DNA from: Bdellovibrionales bacterium
GTDB lineage: Bacteria > Bdellovibrionota > Bdellovibrionia > Bdellovibrionales > UBA1609
Assembly (NCBI GenBank): GCA_965261545.1
Contig: CBDHDF010000007.1
Location: 384,001 to 448,000, forward strand
DNA: 64,000 bases
Reading direction: 5' to 3'
Positions within the stretch are counted from its first letter, which is position 1; every line of letters begins with the position of its first letter. A program made the position numbers and the translations under genes. This document shows, in pieces, positions 49,662 through 62,700 of the stretch. Under the pieces are notes generated by a model. The model ran no database searches. It saw nothing but the letters and a program-made list of their open reading frames with translations, and was not told the DNA's origin.

Positions 49662-52600
49662 TCAGTGATGGCCTCCATCGCGAATGATCCAGCCCCCTCC
49701 TTCTTGACTCACTAAGTTGGCCCGTGCTGATACGGCACTGGAGTTGTATTGCAATGTGCTCACATCGATAACTTTCTGGATGCTGGTGCTTGTGGGTGCT
49801 CTCTCATCAAAGCTGATTAAAAACTTTGAGTAACTTTCAATGGAAAGTCCCGATGAGAAAAAGAGATTATGGACATTCGTGACATTTGAAAAATCCCACC
49901 TACTTGTGTCTGGGATAGCTTGGGCGGCATAGGAAAAGGCCAGGGACATATCTGTGACACTGGAAGTATCCCAACGACTTGTGTCTGGAGTGGCGACTTG
50001 GGTACCATAAAATAGACCTTTCATATTGGTCACACTGGAGGTGTCCCAATCACTTGTATCTGGGTTCACTTTAAAGGCATAGGAAAACATAAAGGACATA
50101 TTGGTGACATTGGAAGTGTCCCAGCCACTTGTCTCTGGGGTGGCTTTGCGAGCCTCATAAAACATATGCGACATATTGGTCACACCTGATGTGTTTCCCC
50201 CAAAAACACCTTCGAGATTGGAATTGTCTTTAAAGGCTTTAGAGAGATCTTTCCAGCCCATATTTCCGAGGTTGCTCACCTTTAGCAAATTTCTTCTTGA
50301 GGATGAATCATTTTGGAATCCCTCACAAAGGCCCTTGATCGTGACCTTATATTCTCCATGACTTTCGTATTGATGCACCTTATCGGAATCATTAAAAGAT
50401 GTCACCTCACTCGTATTTCCATCTCCCCAATCCACGGTAAAGTTATAATTTAATGATGAACCTGGCTTAAGAGGGAGGGTGAGGGAACGATTACCTAGGA
50501 TTCTCCACTTTGTGATAAAGTAATTAAGGTCGTTAACAATCGATGTATTTATTTGGGCTCGTCCTCCATCCTGACTTGCCTCAATGAAAACCTGTGGGGA
50601 AGATATGTTTTGTAAGTTAAAAATTCCTGAAAATATGTTGCTCTCTGTGCAAGATAGAGATTTTTCCACATTTGGTTTTCCAACAATCACCTGGACAGTT
50701 CCAAGGTTTGCATTGCAAGTTCCATGGACTCTGTAGTTTGCTGCATTGGCTGAAGAAAGAGGATCCATGGATGCGGTATCTATGCTCAACCATGGCACAT
50801 TAATACCAACACTCAAAGATTGACTGTCCACTCCTCCATCCATAATGGACCAACCAGAACTTCTCAAGTTGTGATGGGCCAATAAGGCATGCAAGCTGTA
50901 TTGCAATGTCCCTACATCGATCACTTTCTTAATACTATTGCTTGTAGGTATTCTTTCATTGAATCCTATTAAAAAGTCTGAATAACCCTCCACAGATAAA
51001 CCTGACTCCGAAAAAATACGCTCGATATGGGTCACATTTCGAAAATCCCAAAGGCTTGTATCTGGATCCGCTAGAGTCGCATATTCAAACATGCTATTCA
51101 TCTTTGTAACATGAGGAGTCTTCCAACCACTGGTATTTGGGTCCGCTTGACGGGCATTAAAAAACATATTTGACATATCTGTGACGCTGGAAGTGTCCCA
51201 ACCACTGGTGTTTGGGTCCGCTTGAGCAGCATAAGAAAACATACCTTTCATATTGGTGACACTCGAAGTGTTCCAAGCACTCGTATTTGGATTGGCTCGG
51301 GGAGTGCTAGAAAACATATTTGACATATCTGTAACGCTGGAAGTGTCCCATCCACTGGTATCTGGAGTGGCTTGGGCGGCACGGTAAAACATACCTTTCA
51401 TATTGGTGACACTCGAAGTGTTCCAACCACTGGTATCTAGAACAACCTGACGAGCTTCATAAAACATATTTGACATATTGGTCACACCGGATGTGTTGCC
51501 TCCAGTCAATTGTGTGAGATAATTATTGCCTTGAAAAGCCTGGGATAAATCTTTCCATCCCACACTTCCAAGATTGACAACCTTAATGAGAAAATTATTT
51601 GAAGCAGATGAATCATTCTGAAACCCCTCACAAAGGCCTTTGATAGCGATCTTGTATTTTCCGCCCCTTGTATATCTATGCACTTTATCGGAATCTTCAA
51701 AGGATGTGATGTGACTAACAGCTGTGTTATCCCCCCAGTCCACGATGAAATTGTAGTTCAACCCCGCATCTGATTTCAAGGGAAGTGTGAATTGGTGATT
51801 ACTTGGAAACTGCCACTCTGTGACAAAGCGCTCATTGAGTTCACTGACAAAAGAGGAATTGGCCACGGCACTCACCCCATCCTGACTAACGCTTACAGTG
51901 GCCGATTCAGAAGAGATGTTCCATAAATCAAAACTTCCTGAGAATGTATTGTCTGCAGCACAGGGTACATCTTTCTGAACATTGGGTTCTCCAACAACGA
52001 CTCTAACAACTCCAAGATTTGCATTGCAAGTACCGCTAATTGTGTAGGAATTCGCATTGTATACAGTGATGGGCTGGACCTGAGAATGGAGACTCAACCA
52101 TGGTATAGTCTTGATATCTAGGGCGTCATGACTTAAACCTCCATCTGTGATTCTCCACCCTTTTTGCTTGAGGCGATGGCGAGCTGGCGCCGCACTGTAG
52201 TTGTATTTGACTGTGCCCACATGGATGGACTTATTGAAGCTTGTACTTCTAGGTGGTTTTGCATCCAGCCTTATTAAAAATTTTGAATAATTGGACATGG
52301 ATAAACTGGATGATCGAAACAGGTTATCAAAGTTCTTATTTTCAACAAGACCATTGATGACATTTGTAAAATTCCAACCACTTGTATCTGGATCCGCTTT
52401 TAGGGCACCCCCAAACATATGATCCATGTGGGTGACCTTGGAGGTATCCCAGCCACTGGTATCTGGAGTCGCCTGTAGAGCCCCCGTAAACATATGCTCC
52501 ATATGAATCACCTTGGAGGTATCCCAACCACTGGTATCTGGAGTCGCTTGAGAGGCAGCATAAAACATACCTGACATATCGTTGACGCCGGAAGTATCCC

Positions 52601-53654
52601 AACCACTCGTATCTGGCGTCACGTAATGAGAGTTATTAAACATACTATTCATCTTGGTCACACGGGATGTATTCCCCCCAAAAACCTTGGTGAGAGAGGA
52701 ATTGCTTTGAAAAGCATGGGATAAATCTTTCCACCCCATATTTCCAAGATTGACAACCTTAAATAGATAACCACTTAAAGGTGATACGTTATTTTGAAAC
52801 CCCTCACAAAGTCCCGTTATTGTAATCGTATACTCTCCAGCTTTTTTATACCTATGCGCTTTATCGAGATCTTCAAATGATGTGATGTGACTCACAGACG
52901 TTCTATCTCCCCAATCCACAGTGAAATTATACTTTAACCCCCTATTTGACTTGAGAGGCAGAGTGAATTGAAAATTTTCTGGAAAATTCCATTTTGTGAC
53001 AAAGCGTTTGATATTGTTAGCAATAGAAGAGCTTCTTACAACTGTTGCTCTCTTATTTCCATATTGACCGGTCTCATATTGAGTGACGGCAATGGTAACA
53101 GGATGAGAAGATATATTTTGCACATCAAAGGTTCCTGAAAATGTATTGTTTTCTGCACAGGGTAAAGTTTTTTGTGCATCCGGTTTGCCAATAACAACTC
53201 TGACATTACCGAGGTTCGACTTACAAGTTCCATAAATGGTGTAAGCCCCTGCATTGGATAGAGAAATATCGGGCAATAAAGAACTAATACTCAATGCTAT
53301 TGGATCTGTTGTATCTTCCTTGCTAGATCCCTCAGAGCTGATAACACCACAGTTCAAATTGTTTGTTCCCTCGGATTCTTGTGGTTCTAAAGACTGTGCA
53401 TACCTCTTCCACTGCAAACATATAGGCTCTCCAGCACAATCTTCATCACTTGGTCTTGGTACTTCTGATATAGCTCCACTTGAACTTTCTAAGCCAGAAG
53501 AAGAGTCAGAAGAAGAACCAGAGGAAGAGTCAGCAACACTTGGAAAAGAAAAAAGGAAGGCGGAGACAATAAATAATAGTTTAAATAATTTGAATAATTT
53601 TATTGTATACAACAATTTTATATTTATATTTATATTTATAATATTTATATTCAT
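49662..53654 (-). CDS. Modular DUF285/BspA-like surface protein, three modules
   Basis: Signal peptide, then 3x [Cys-paired Ig-like, VDWGD PKD-like, WDTS repeats, GWxIxDGG cap]; GAGGAGG RBS. Confidence 0.88.
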   Translation of the reverse strand: MNINIINININIKLLYTIKLFKLFKLLFIVSAFLFSFPSVADSSSGSSSDSSSGLESSSGAISEVPRPSDEDCAGEPICLQWKRYAQSLEPQESEGTNNLNCGVISSEGSSKEDTTDPIALSISSLLPDISLSNAGAYTIYGTCKSNLGNVRVVIGKPDAQKTLPCAENNTFSGTFDVQNISSHPVTIAVTQYETGQYGNKRATVVRSSSIANNIKRFVTKWNFPENFQFTLPLKSNRGLKYNFTVDWGDRTSVSHITSFEDLDKAHRYKKAGEYTITITGLCEGFQNNVSPLSGYLFKVVNLGNMGWKDLSHAFQSNSSLTKVFGGNTSRVTKMNSMFNNSHYVTPDTSGWDTSGVNDMSGMFYAASQATPDTSGWDTSKVIHMEHMFTGALQATPDTSGWDTSKVTHMDHMFGGALKADPDTSGWNFTNVINGLVENKNFDNLFRSSSLSMSNYSKFLIRLDAKPPRSTSFNKSIHVGTVKYNYSAAPARHRLKQKGWRITDGGLSHDALDIKTIPWLSLHSQVQPITVYNANSYTISGTCNANLGVVRVVVGEPNVQKDVPCAADNTFSGSFDLWNISSESATVSVSQDGVSAVANSSFVSELNERFVTEWQFPSNHQFTLPLKSDAGLNYNFIVDWGDNTAVSHITSFEDSDKVHRYTRGGKYKIAIKGLCEGFQNDSSASNNFLIKVVNLGSVGWKDLSQAFQGNNYLTQLTGGNTSGVTNMSNMFYEARQVVLDTSGWNTSSVTNMKGMFYRAAQATPDTSGWDTSSVTDMSNMFSSTPRANPNTSAWNTSSVTNMKGMFSYAAQADPNTSGWDTSSVTDMSNMFFNARQADPNTSGWKTPHVTKMNSMFEYATLADPDTSLWDFRNVTHIERIFSESGLSVEGYSDFLIGFNERIPTSNSIKKVIDVGTLQYSLHALLAHHNLRSSGWSIMDGGVDSQSLSVGINVPWLSIDTASMDPLSSANAANYRVHGTCNANLGTVQVIVGKPNVEKSLSCTESNIFSGIFNLQNISSPQVFIEASQDGGRAQINTSIVNDLNYFITKWRILGNRSLTLPLKPGSSLNYNFTVDWGDGNTSEVTSFNDSDKVHQYESHGEYKVTIKGLCEGFQNDSSSRRNLLKVSNLGNMGWKDLSKAFKDNSNLEGVFGGNTSGVTNMSHMFYEARKATPETSGWDTSNVTNMSFMFSYAFKVNPDTSDWDTSSVTNMKGLFYGTQVATPDTSRWDTSSVTDMSLAFSYAAQAIPDTSRWDFSNVTNVHNLFFSSGLSIESYSKFLISFDERAPTSTSIQKVIDVSTLQYNSSAVSARANLVSQEGGGWIIRDGGHH

Positions 53655-53733
53655 CTTACAACCTCCTCATTTATTCTCATTTGACAAAGCAACTTCTTAC
53701 CACCTTCATTTCCCCAAAAACATCTGAAATGAC

Positions 53734-56700
53734 TCACTTCAACCCCCCATCTGTGATGGACCAACCTTGATTCACTAAATTCTTCCTTGCCAAGGTCGCA
53801 CTGGAATTGTACTGCAGTGAACCCACATCAATAATTTTTTTAATTTTAGTGCTTATGGGTGATCCTTGATTGAATCTGATTAAAAATTTTGAATAATTGT
53901 CAGTGGATAAACCCGATGATGAAAAAATAGAAGTGAGATTGATGGCATTTCGAAATTCCCAAGCGGACACATCTGGATTGGCTTGACTAGCACCTTTAAA
54001 AACTTCTTTCATCTTTGTCACACGAGAAGTATTCCACCTTTCAGTATTCGGTTTGGCTTTAGTGGCATTATAAAACATACGTGATATATTGGTGAGTGAG
54101 TAAGTATTCCAAACTGTATATGGGTTGGCTTGGGTGGCATGGGCAAACATATATGACATATCTTTAACGCTGAAAGTATTCCAACGATAGGTCGCTGGAG
54201 TGGCTTCATAAGCTTCATAAAACATATATGACATATTGGTGACATTGGAAGTATTCCAAGCACGGGTATCCGGCTTGGCCTTCCAGGACCCCTTAAACAT
54301 GGCCTCCATGCTTTTGACATTGGAGGTGTCCCAACCACTGGTATCTGGGACGGCCTTTCTAGAAGCATAAAACATATAGCTCATGTTCTTGACCCTAGAG
54401 GTATTTCCCCCAAGAACTTTGGTGAGAAACACATTCTTTGAAAAGGCATAGGACAGATTCTCCCAGCCCATATCTCCAAGATTGATCACCTCCCTTAGAT
54501 ACAAAGAGGAATGTATGTTACTCTGAAGTCCCTCACACCTACCTGTAATGGTAATTATATAATCTCCAGCCTCAGAATAGACGTGCTTCTTGTCGGCATC
54601 ACCAAAAGATGTCACTCTACTGGCAACGCTTCCATCTCCCCAGTCTACGGTAAAATCATAATCGATTCCTGTTTTCTTCTTAAGAGGAAGAACAAGACGG
54701 TGCCCTGCTGGGATTTTCCATTTTGTGACAAAGCGATTGATTCCATTGGCAACAGAGGCATTGTCCACAATGAAGCCGCCCTTTTGACTAAGATGGATCT
54801 TTGCAGGGTGAGAAGATACATTTTCTAGATCAAGGGCTCCTGAAAATGTGTTGTCTCTCCTACAAGGTAAATTTTTCTCCACATTGGGCTCCCCAACAAC
54901 AACTTTGACAGGTCCAGAATTGGAATGGCAAGTTCCATGGATGGGGTAAGTTCCAGCGTTGGCCAGAGTTATGGTAAGTGGTTCATTGACTTTCAACCAC
55001 GATATGTCGAGGCTTGGTAGCCTGCTGTTTAAGCCTCCATCAGTGATAGTCCAACCCTTAGCTATTAAACTGGCACGAGCCGATACAGCACTGGAACTAT
55101 ATTTCAACGAACCTACATTCACCTTTTTTTGAGCACTGACGCTTGTAGGTGTCTTCTCATTGAGTCTTATGAGAAATCTTGAATAATTCTCAATAGATAA
55201 ACCTGACTTACCAGAGAGATAACTAAACATCCTTTCAATGGAGTGCCACGTGACATTGGTAAAATCCCAGTCCCTTGTATCTGGATCCGTTTGCGGAGCA
55301 TACACAAACATATAATTCATAGAGACCACCTTGGAAACATCCCAGCCCCTTGTATCCACGGTAGCTTGAGTGGCACCATAAAACATATTTTCCATACTCG
55401 TCACATTGGATGTATTCCCTCCAGAAACTTTTGTGAGATTGCGATTTTCGTAAAAAGCCCTAGATAAGTCTTTCCACCCCATATCCCCAAGGTTGACAAC
55501 CTCATTGAGATAGGGTCCGGAGTTCACTCCAAGAACACGATTGTTATTATGAAACCCCTCGCAAAGACCCGTGATTGTGATCGTATACTGCCTGGCTTCC
55601 GCATATGTATGCACCTTGTCGGTATCATTAAAAGATGTCACTCTACTGACAGAGCTTCCATCTCCCCAATCCACCTTGAAGTCATAATTGAGTCCTGAGT
55701 GTGATTTAAGGGGAAGAGTGAATCGATAATTGGCCGGAAAAGTCCATTTTGTTATAAAACGCTTCATCTTATTTGCAATGGATAAGTTATCTAAGACAGG
55801 TCCTCTCCTCTGACGTATTCTCACTCTGATGGGATGGGAAGATATATTTCGTACATCAAAATTCCCTGAAAAAGTGTTGTCTGCTAAACAAGGTAAATCT
55901 TTTTCCACATTTGGCTCTCCCACAACAACCCTGACAGCCCCAAAATCTTCATTGCAGAGTCCACTGATTGTGTAGGCCCCCGCATTGGCGAAGACAAGGG
56001 GAGAATGTGGTGTATCCATCGTCAGCAATGGTCTACCGAGATACTCTATTCGACCTAATACACCCCCATCGACAATGGTCCAACCTTTAGATACCAAACG
56101 AGCACGAGCCGACACAGCGCTGGAGTTGTACTGCAACCTATTTACATTGATCTCTTTTTGAATGTTAGGATTCCTTGGTGGTTTTCTATCGAGGCTTATT
56201 AAAAATTTTGAATAATGATCAACAGACAAACCTGATAACAAAAACAAACTCTTGAGACTGTTGTAACGATTGTCAATATTAGAATCGGGAACATAGGTGA
56301 CATTTGTAAAATCCCATCCACCTGTATCTGGGTTGGCTTGGCTGGCACCATAAAATAAACCTATCATATTGGTGACCTTGGAAGTATCCCAACCACTTGT
56401 ATTTGGGTTGGCTTGACGAGCTTTATGAAACATATTTAACATATTGGTCACATTGGAAGTATTCCATTGGCTTGTATCTGAATTTGCTTGAGAAGCATAA
56501 AAGAACATACCTCCCATATTGGTGACTTTGGAAGTATCCCAACCACTTGTATTTGGGTTCGCTCGGAAAGCATTCTCAAACATACTTTTCATGTTTGTGA
56601 CGCTGGACGTATTCCAATCACTTGTGTCGGGATTTGCTTGACGGGTATAGGCAAACATACTTTCCATGTTTGTGACACTGGAGGTATCCCAATCACTTGT

Positions 56701-59700
56701 GTCAGGGTTCGCTCGGAAAGCATTCTTAAACATACTTTTCATGTTTGTGACACTGGAAGTATTCCAATCACTTGTCTCGGGATTTGCTTGAGGGGTATAG
56801 GCAAACATACCTTCCATATTTTTAACCTTGGAAGTGTCCCAGCCACTTATGTCTGGTGTGACTTTGTTAGAATCATAAAACATATGACTCATATTGGTGA
56901 CACCCGATGTATTTCCTTTGTTGAGAAAGGTCTCAAGCTTATCATTATTTTCAAAAGCACGAGATAGATCTTTCCACTGCATACTTCCAAGGTTGGAAAC
57001 CTCTAGTAGATAGTTATTTGAAGGTGACGAATTATTTTGAAATCCCTCAGAGAGACCCTTCATCGTGATTGTATACTCTCCAGCATCAGTATATGTATGA
57101 GTCTTGTCCACATCATCAAAAGATGTAACTTTGCTGGTGTTTCCATCTCCCCACTCCACAATAAAATTATAATTGAGTCCTGTATCTGATTTAAGAGGAA
57201 GAATGAATTTATAATTAGATGGGAAAGACCATTTTGTTATAAAGTATTCCCTGCCTTCATTGGAGATAGAAGCACTTTTCACAGTACGTCCCTCACTCTG
57301 ACTGACTTGAATATTGGTGGGATTGGAAGATATGCTCTGTAGGTCAAAAGTGACTGAGAATGTATTCTCCACTCCACAAAATACATCCTTTTGTATATTT
57401 GGCTCCCCAACAACAACTTTGACAATTTCAGGGTTTGAGTTACAAGTTCCACTGACTGTGTAAGCCCCTATATTTAAAAATCCGATCGGAGCGAGTTCAT
57501 CCATTTTCAACCACGGAGCATCGAGACCTGGCCATGGATCAGTGGACAAGCCTCCATCCGTGATAACCCAACCCTTAGCGATTAAGCTGTTGCGAGCTGA
57601 GAAAGCAGCGGAGTGGAACTTTACACCAACATGAATACGTTTATGATGAATGGATTTTTTAGGTATCTTTTCGTTGAGTCTTATAAGAAATCTTGAATAA
57701 TTTTCTATAGATAAACCTGAATTGTGAGATAGATTTCCAAACATATCTCCAAGTTGAGTGATTTTTTTAAAATCCCAATGACGGGTATCTGGATTGGCTT
57801 GGGAGGCTCCAAAAAACATATTTCTCATACTGGTCACATTGGCAGTCTCCCAACCGCTTGTATCTGGCATGGCCTTGCTGGCACCATAAAACATATTTTC
57901 CATATGTGTAACACCTGATGTATTTCCTCCAGAAACTCTTCCGAGGTTATTATTACCTTGAAAGGCATAGGATAGGTCCTTCCATCCCATATCTCCGAGT
58001 TTGACCACCTCCCTGAGATACCCTTTGGAGCTCAGTCTATGAACTTCATTATTTTGGAATCCTTCACAAACCCCCTTGATCGTGACCGTATATTCTCCAG
58101 CCTTTGCATATGTATGGACTTTGTCGCTATCACTAAAAGATGTGATTTCACTGGTTCCTCCATCCCCCCAATCCACAATAAAATTATAATTGAGCCCTGC
58201 ATCTGGTTTAAGTGGAAGAACGAATCGATAGTTTTTCGGAAAATTCCATTTTGTGATAAAGTGTTCGATTGTATTCGCAACAGAGGTACTTCTTACTGTA
58301 TGGCCTCCCTCCTGACTGACTTCGATCATGACAGGATTGGAAAAGAGGTCTTTTAAATCAAAGACCCCTACAAATGTGTTGTCCCCTCTGCAAGGTAAAT
58401 ATTTTGCTATATTTGGCTTAATAAAGACTCTAACGCCTCTAGGATTTGAGTTACAAGTTCCACGGATGGTGTAGGCTCTGGCATTTTCTGAAGTGATGAC
58501 GGCCAATGGCATATCAATTTTTAACCAAGGCACGCCAAGGCTTGGCAATTGACTGTTCAAACCTCCATCAATGATGGTCCACCCCTTAGTTACTAAGCTT
58601 TTCCGGGCCAATCCAGCACTGGATTGGTACTGTAAAGAGCCTACGTCAATCTTTTTCTGAACGTTGGTGCTTGTAGGCGCCTTGTTATTAAGTCTTATAA
58701 GAAATTTTGAATAACTTTCAATGGATAAACCTGATATAGCTGGTCTATTTCCAAACATTTTTGCGATAGAATTTGAGGAGGTGAGGTTTGTAAAATTCCA
58801 GCCACTTGTACCTGGACTTGCGCTCGTGGCATAAATAAACATATGGCCCATGTCGGTCACATTGGAAGTATCCCAACCCCTTGTATCTGGAACCACTCGC
58901 TCTGCATTGTAAAACATATACTTCATGTCCGTCACATGGGATGTATTTCCACCGAAAAATTTGGTGAGATTATCGTTATCTCGAAAAGCGTAGGATAGAT
59001 CTTTCCATCCCATATCTCCAAGGTTCATCACCTCATATAGATTTCTTCCAGAACTCACCCAAGAAAGATTATTGTCATTCTGAAATCCCTCGCAAACCCC
59101 CTTGATCGTGACCTTATACTCTCCGGCGTCAGCATATGTATGCACCTTATCGAGGTCATCAAAAGATGTAATTCTACTGACAGGGCTTCCATCTCCCCAG
59201 TTCACAGTAAAATTATATTTGAGCCCTGAACCTTTCTTAATAGGCAGAGTGAATCGATAATTGGCCGAAAAATGCCACTTTGTTATAAAATGATCCATCT
59301 TATTTGCAATGGATGAATTCTCTACAGCGGAACCACCCTTCTGACTTGCCCGAACGATCACAGGATGGGAGGACACATTGCGCACATCAAAAATCCCTGA
59401 AAACGTATTATTTGATGAGCAAGGCAAATCTTTCTCCACATTTGGTTCTCCCACAACAACCCTGACAACTCCAAGACTTCCATTGCAAGTTCCACTAATG
59501 GCATAGTCCTTTGCATTGGAAGAAACAATGGCAAATGGCGGCGTATCAATCGTCAGCCACGGCACATTGAAACTCAACACTTGGCTGTCCAAGCCCCCAT
59601 CGAGGATCGTCCAGCCTTTAGTTATTAAGCTTTGCCGGGCCAACACGGCACTGGAGTTGTATTGCAACCTATGCACATTGATTTCTTTCTGAATTCGAGA

Positions 59701-62700
59701 GTCCCTAGGTGTGCTGGCATCAAGACTTATTAAAAATTTTGAATAATGATCAACAGACAAACCTGATAATAAAAATAAACTCTTGAGGCTATTGTAGCGA
59801 TTTTCAATATCGGAATTGAGAACATAATTGACATTCGTAAATTTCCAACGACTTGTATCTGGATTGGCCTGACCAGCACCATAAAACACACCTATCATAT
59901 TGGTCACATTGGAAGTATTCCAAAGGCTTATGTTAGGAGCCGCTTGGAGGGCACCATGAAACAGATTTTCCATATTGGTGACCTTAGAAGTATCCCATTG
60001 GCTTGTGTCTGGGTTAGCTTGAGAGGCATAAAAGAACATCTCTTTCATATTGGTCACGCTGGCTGTATTCCACCGACTCGTATCTGGGTTCGCTCGATTG
60101 GTATAAGCAAACATACCTTCCATATTGGTCACGCTGGAAGTATTCCAGCCACTGGTGTCTGGATTGGTCCGACGAGTATTTCTAAATGTATCTTTCATAT
60201 TGGTGACCTTAGAAGTATTCCATCTACTGGTATTTGGGGCCGCATTAGAAAAGAAAAACATACTTTCCATATTGATCACATTGGAAGTGTCCCAACCCCT
60301 TGTATCTGGCTTCGCTGCCAAGGTATTATAAAACATTTGCTTCATATTAGTCACCTTGGATGTATTTCCTCCAAGAATTTTTGTAAGATAACGATTATTC
60401 TTAAAAGCATACGACAGATCTTTCCACCCCATACTTCCAAGGTTGACAACCTCCTTGAGCTTGTCTCCAGAGTCAATCCAGGAAGATCATTGTTATTTTC
60501 GAACCCCTCACAAGTTCCATGAATCGTGACTGTATAGGATCCAGCATCTCGATATGTATGTACCTTATTGGAATCAGCAAAAGATGTGACTTGGCTGGAA
60601 GAACTCCCATCTCCCCAGTCCACAGTAAAATTATATTGAAGCCCTGGCCCTTTCTTGAGAGGAAGGGTGAATCGATAATTGGATGAAAAGGTCCATTTTG
60701 TTACAAAACGGTCTATGTTATTGGCAATAGATACATCATCCTTTACGACGGGACCTCCACCTTGGCTTGCACTGACGATGACGGGATGGGAGGATACGTT
60801 TCGTATATCAATGCTCCCTAAAAATGTGTTGTCTGAGGAACAAACGAAATCCTTTTGAACATTTGGCTCTCCCACAACAACACTGACAACTCCAAGACTT
60901 CCGTTGCAAGTTCCACTGATGATGTAAGCTTCTGCATTGGAAGAGACAATGGGAATCGACGACTTGTCAATGGTCAGCAATGACAGATTGGAATTCAACA
61001 CTTGGGGTTGGGTATCCAAACCGCCATCCACAATGACCCATCCCTTACTTTTTAATTTGGAGCGGGCTGATGCAGCACTGGAGTTGTATTGCAACCAACC
61101 CACATTGATTTCTTTCTGAATACGAGAGTCCCTAGGTGGTCTTGCATTGAGGCTTATTAAAAATTTTGAGTAGTTATCAATAGACAGGTCTGATTTTAAA
61201 AATAGACTCTTGAGACTATTGTAACGATTTTCAACACCAAGATCGGAATAGATAACACTTGTAAAGTCCCAGCCACTCGTGTCTGGGTTGGCTTGAGGAG
61301 CGCTATAAAACATACCTATCATATTGACCACATTGGCAGTTTTCCATCGACTCGTATCTGGGTTGGCTTGAGCGGCATAAAAAAACATGCCTTCCATACT
61401 GATGACATTGGAAGTGTCCCATCCCCTTGTATTTGGATTTGCTTGACGAGCACTCTTAAACATATTAAACATATTTGTGACATTGGAGGTGTTCCATCCA
61501 CTCGTATCTGGATTGGCCTGACCAGTATAGGCAAACATATGATTCATATCTGTGACCTTGGAAGTATTCCAGTTACTGGTATTTGGGGTGGCTTTCCTGG
61601 CACTTTTAAACATACTTGCCATATTCGTAACACTGGAGGTATTCCACTTACTTGTCTCTGGATTTGCGAAAGAGGCATAAAAGAACATACCCTCCATATC
61701 TGTGATCTTGGAAGTATCCCAAGCCCTTGTATCTGGTTTCGCTTTGAGCGCACCATAAAACATGTGTTTCATGTTAGTGACCTTGGATGTATTCCCTCCA
61801 AAAACTTTTTTGAGATTATGATTATTTTTAAAAGCATAAGATAAATCTTTCCACCCCATATCTCCAAGGCTGGTAACCTCCCTGAGCTTGCCCCCAGAAT
61901 TAATTTCAGGAAGATCATTGTTGTTTTCGAACCCCTCACAAGTCCCTTCGATCACAATCGTGTAGTTTCCAGCACTCGCATAGGTATGCACCTTGTCGGT
62001 ATCATCAAAAGATGTGATTTCACTGGACGAATTATCTCCCCAATCCACAGTAAAATTATAATCCAGCCCTGAGCCTTTCTTAATAGGCAGAGTGAATCGA
62101 TAATTGGACGAAAAAACCCATTTTGTTACAAAACGGTTTATCTTATTAGCCATGGATGAAGTCTTTGAAATAACACCTCCATTTTGACTGACACTGATAT
62201 TGATTGGATGAGAGGATATATTTCGTAAATTAAAATCCAAGAAAAACGTGTTGTCTCGCTTACAAGCTGTATTTCTTTGTATATTTGGCTCTCCCACAAC
62301 AATTCGAACCACTCCCAATTTGGCATTGCAAGTTCCACTGATCCCATAAGTAGCTGCATTGGAGGACTGAATGGAAACTGGTGGCGTATCAATAGACAAT
62401 AATGGTATATTTTGATCCACCCCTTGGCTGTCCAAGCCTCCATCAATGATGATCCAACCCTTAGCTATTAAGCTGGCACGAGCCGATACAGCACTGGCAT
62501 TGTATTGCAAAAAACCCACGTTGATTTCTTTTTGAGTCTTAGAATTCGTAGGTGAATTTGCATTGAGGCTTATTAAGAATTTTGAATAATTATCAATAGA
62601 CAAGCTCGACAATAAAAATAAACTTTTGAGACTATTGTAGCGACTTTCCATATCTCTAGTGGTGTTATAGGTCACACTTGTAAAGTCCCAGCCACTTGTA

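Noticed and set aside
56488..61844. Plus-strand repetitive ORFs opposite the DUF285 genes
   Set aside because: Antisense shadows of the 75-bp repeats
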